From the NCBI GenBank assembly GCA_051294375.1, contig JBJCIZ010000551.1:1-7737 (forward strand): a stretch of 7,737 nucleotides of DNA, read 5' to 3'. Source of the DNA: Paraspadella gotoi (Eukaryota > Animalia > Chaetognatha). Below, piece after piece: positions 6,723 to 7,737 of the stretch. The first letter of the stretch is position 1. Every line of letters begins with the position of its first letter. Position numbers and translations under genes: made by a program. The notes beneath the pieces are model-generated. The model was not told the origin of the DNA and searched no databases. It saw only the letters and a program-made list of their open reading frames with translations.

Positions 6723-7737
6723 ATATACAATATAATAATATAATAGAAGTGTTAAATGAGAGATCGAGAAAATTGATTTTTTTTCGATTACTTGATTTTA
6801 ATTTTAATTTTTTCATTTCATCAGGCGAGGAGAATGTCTTTGCCTTCACTCCCGCGTTAGTCGTCGTCTCAACCACCAGAATTTATTTCCTTAAAATCAC
6901 GAAAGACAAAATCCAGGGTCAGTTCTTCTTTTTCCTTTTAGTTTGATTTTTGAAAAATAAAGATGATGAATAAATTGGTGAAAGTAGTAGAGAATAGAGA
7001 TTAGATTAGGAGAGATTAGAGAAGTACAAATCCATTGACTCTTTCTACGAAGATAAAATAATTTTAGTGAAGTAACGAGTTCCCTATTCACGACTCTCTT
7101 CTCTTTTATCTTCTCCCAGGCCAACCCGACTCTTGGCTTTCTCTGATGGACGAACAACTTCTCACTCGATTGGCCTTCATAGATTGGGGTTTGGGTCGCG
7201 TCTCCTTCCGGTTGGAGTTTGCCGCCCCGGGTCCATCTTACGGGTCATAATTAGGTGGCTCTTTTTTACCGTTTAAAGAAAGTTTAAAATTTAGTCTTTT
7301 AATTTTTTGATGTTTTGAGTGGAAAGATTCGTCTTTTTATTTGTTATAATTTAAATTCAATTTAATGAAAATAATTTTCATGCTTTGTTTCGTTAAACAA
7401 TTTTTGAATATTGAAAATTCATATATAGGTTTATATAGTTAATGGATTAAATTTTTGATTCAGGGACGTCGAGCGATGCCTTCGATACATTAGAGGTTTA
7501 ATCGATCAGGTAATTCTCAATTCTTGATTGGATAAAATTATGGAAAAAGTTTTTTTAAAAATGTAAAAATCAATTAAATTCAGGTTAAAAAAGTCGCTTC
7601 GTCTCCCTTAAGTCAACTCGAATCGATATCGAAAAAGCAAAATCCGATTTCTGTGGCGAATCTGGGCGAAGCCATAGGGAGAAGGAAGAGGAGGAGAGAG
7701 GAGGAAGAGGATGAGGATAAAAGGGGACCAATCAGAG

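Noticed and set aside
5940-7157. ORFs in the right flank (6071..6730, 6219..6680, 6370..6876 and others)
   Set aside because: Translations of purine/pyrimidine-skewed repeats and AT-rich DNA with no recognisable domain. Small host exons cannot be excluded.

Overview
The window holds an apparently full-length DIRS1-like tyrosine-recombinase (YR) retrotransposon (~260-5579, + strand) in AT-rich, low-complexity, probably eukaryotic DNA. It has imperfect ~210-240 bp inverted terminal repeats (ITRs) bounded by ATT at both ends, a gag-like gene, a reading frame carrying RT, RNase H, a degenerate methyltransferase-like domain and YR, and a 680-codon overlapping ORF. Several points depart from the textbook DIRS1 layout. 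(1) The internal complementary region (ICR, a copy of the circle junction) lies near the 5' end (1161-1239), inside what looks like a spliceosomal intron splitting gag, instead of next to the right ITR. (2) gag and pol share one frame, separated by a single UGA-CGG stop followed by a stem-loop, suggesting readthrough. (3) YR is fused in frame to RT/RH/MT rather than to the overlapping ORF. (4) The ITRs and ICR carry many small indels although the ORFs are intact. Downstream lie purine-rich low-complexity DNA and a degenerate ~75-105 bp tandem repeat. All alignments were done by eye and no searches were run.
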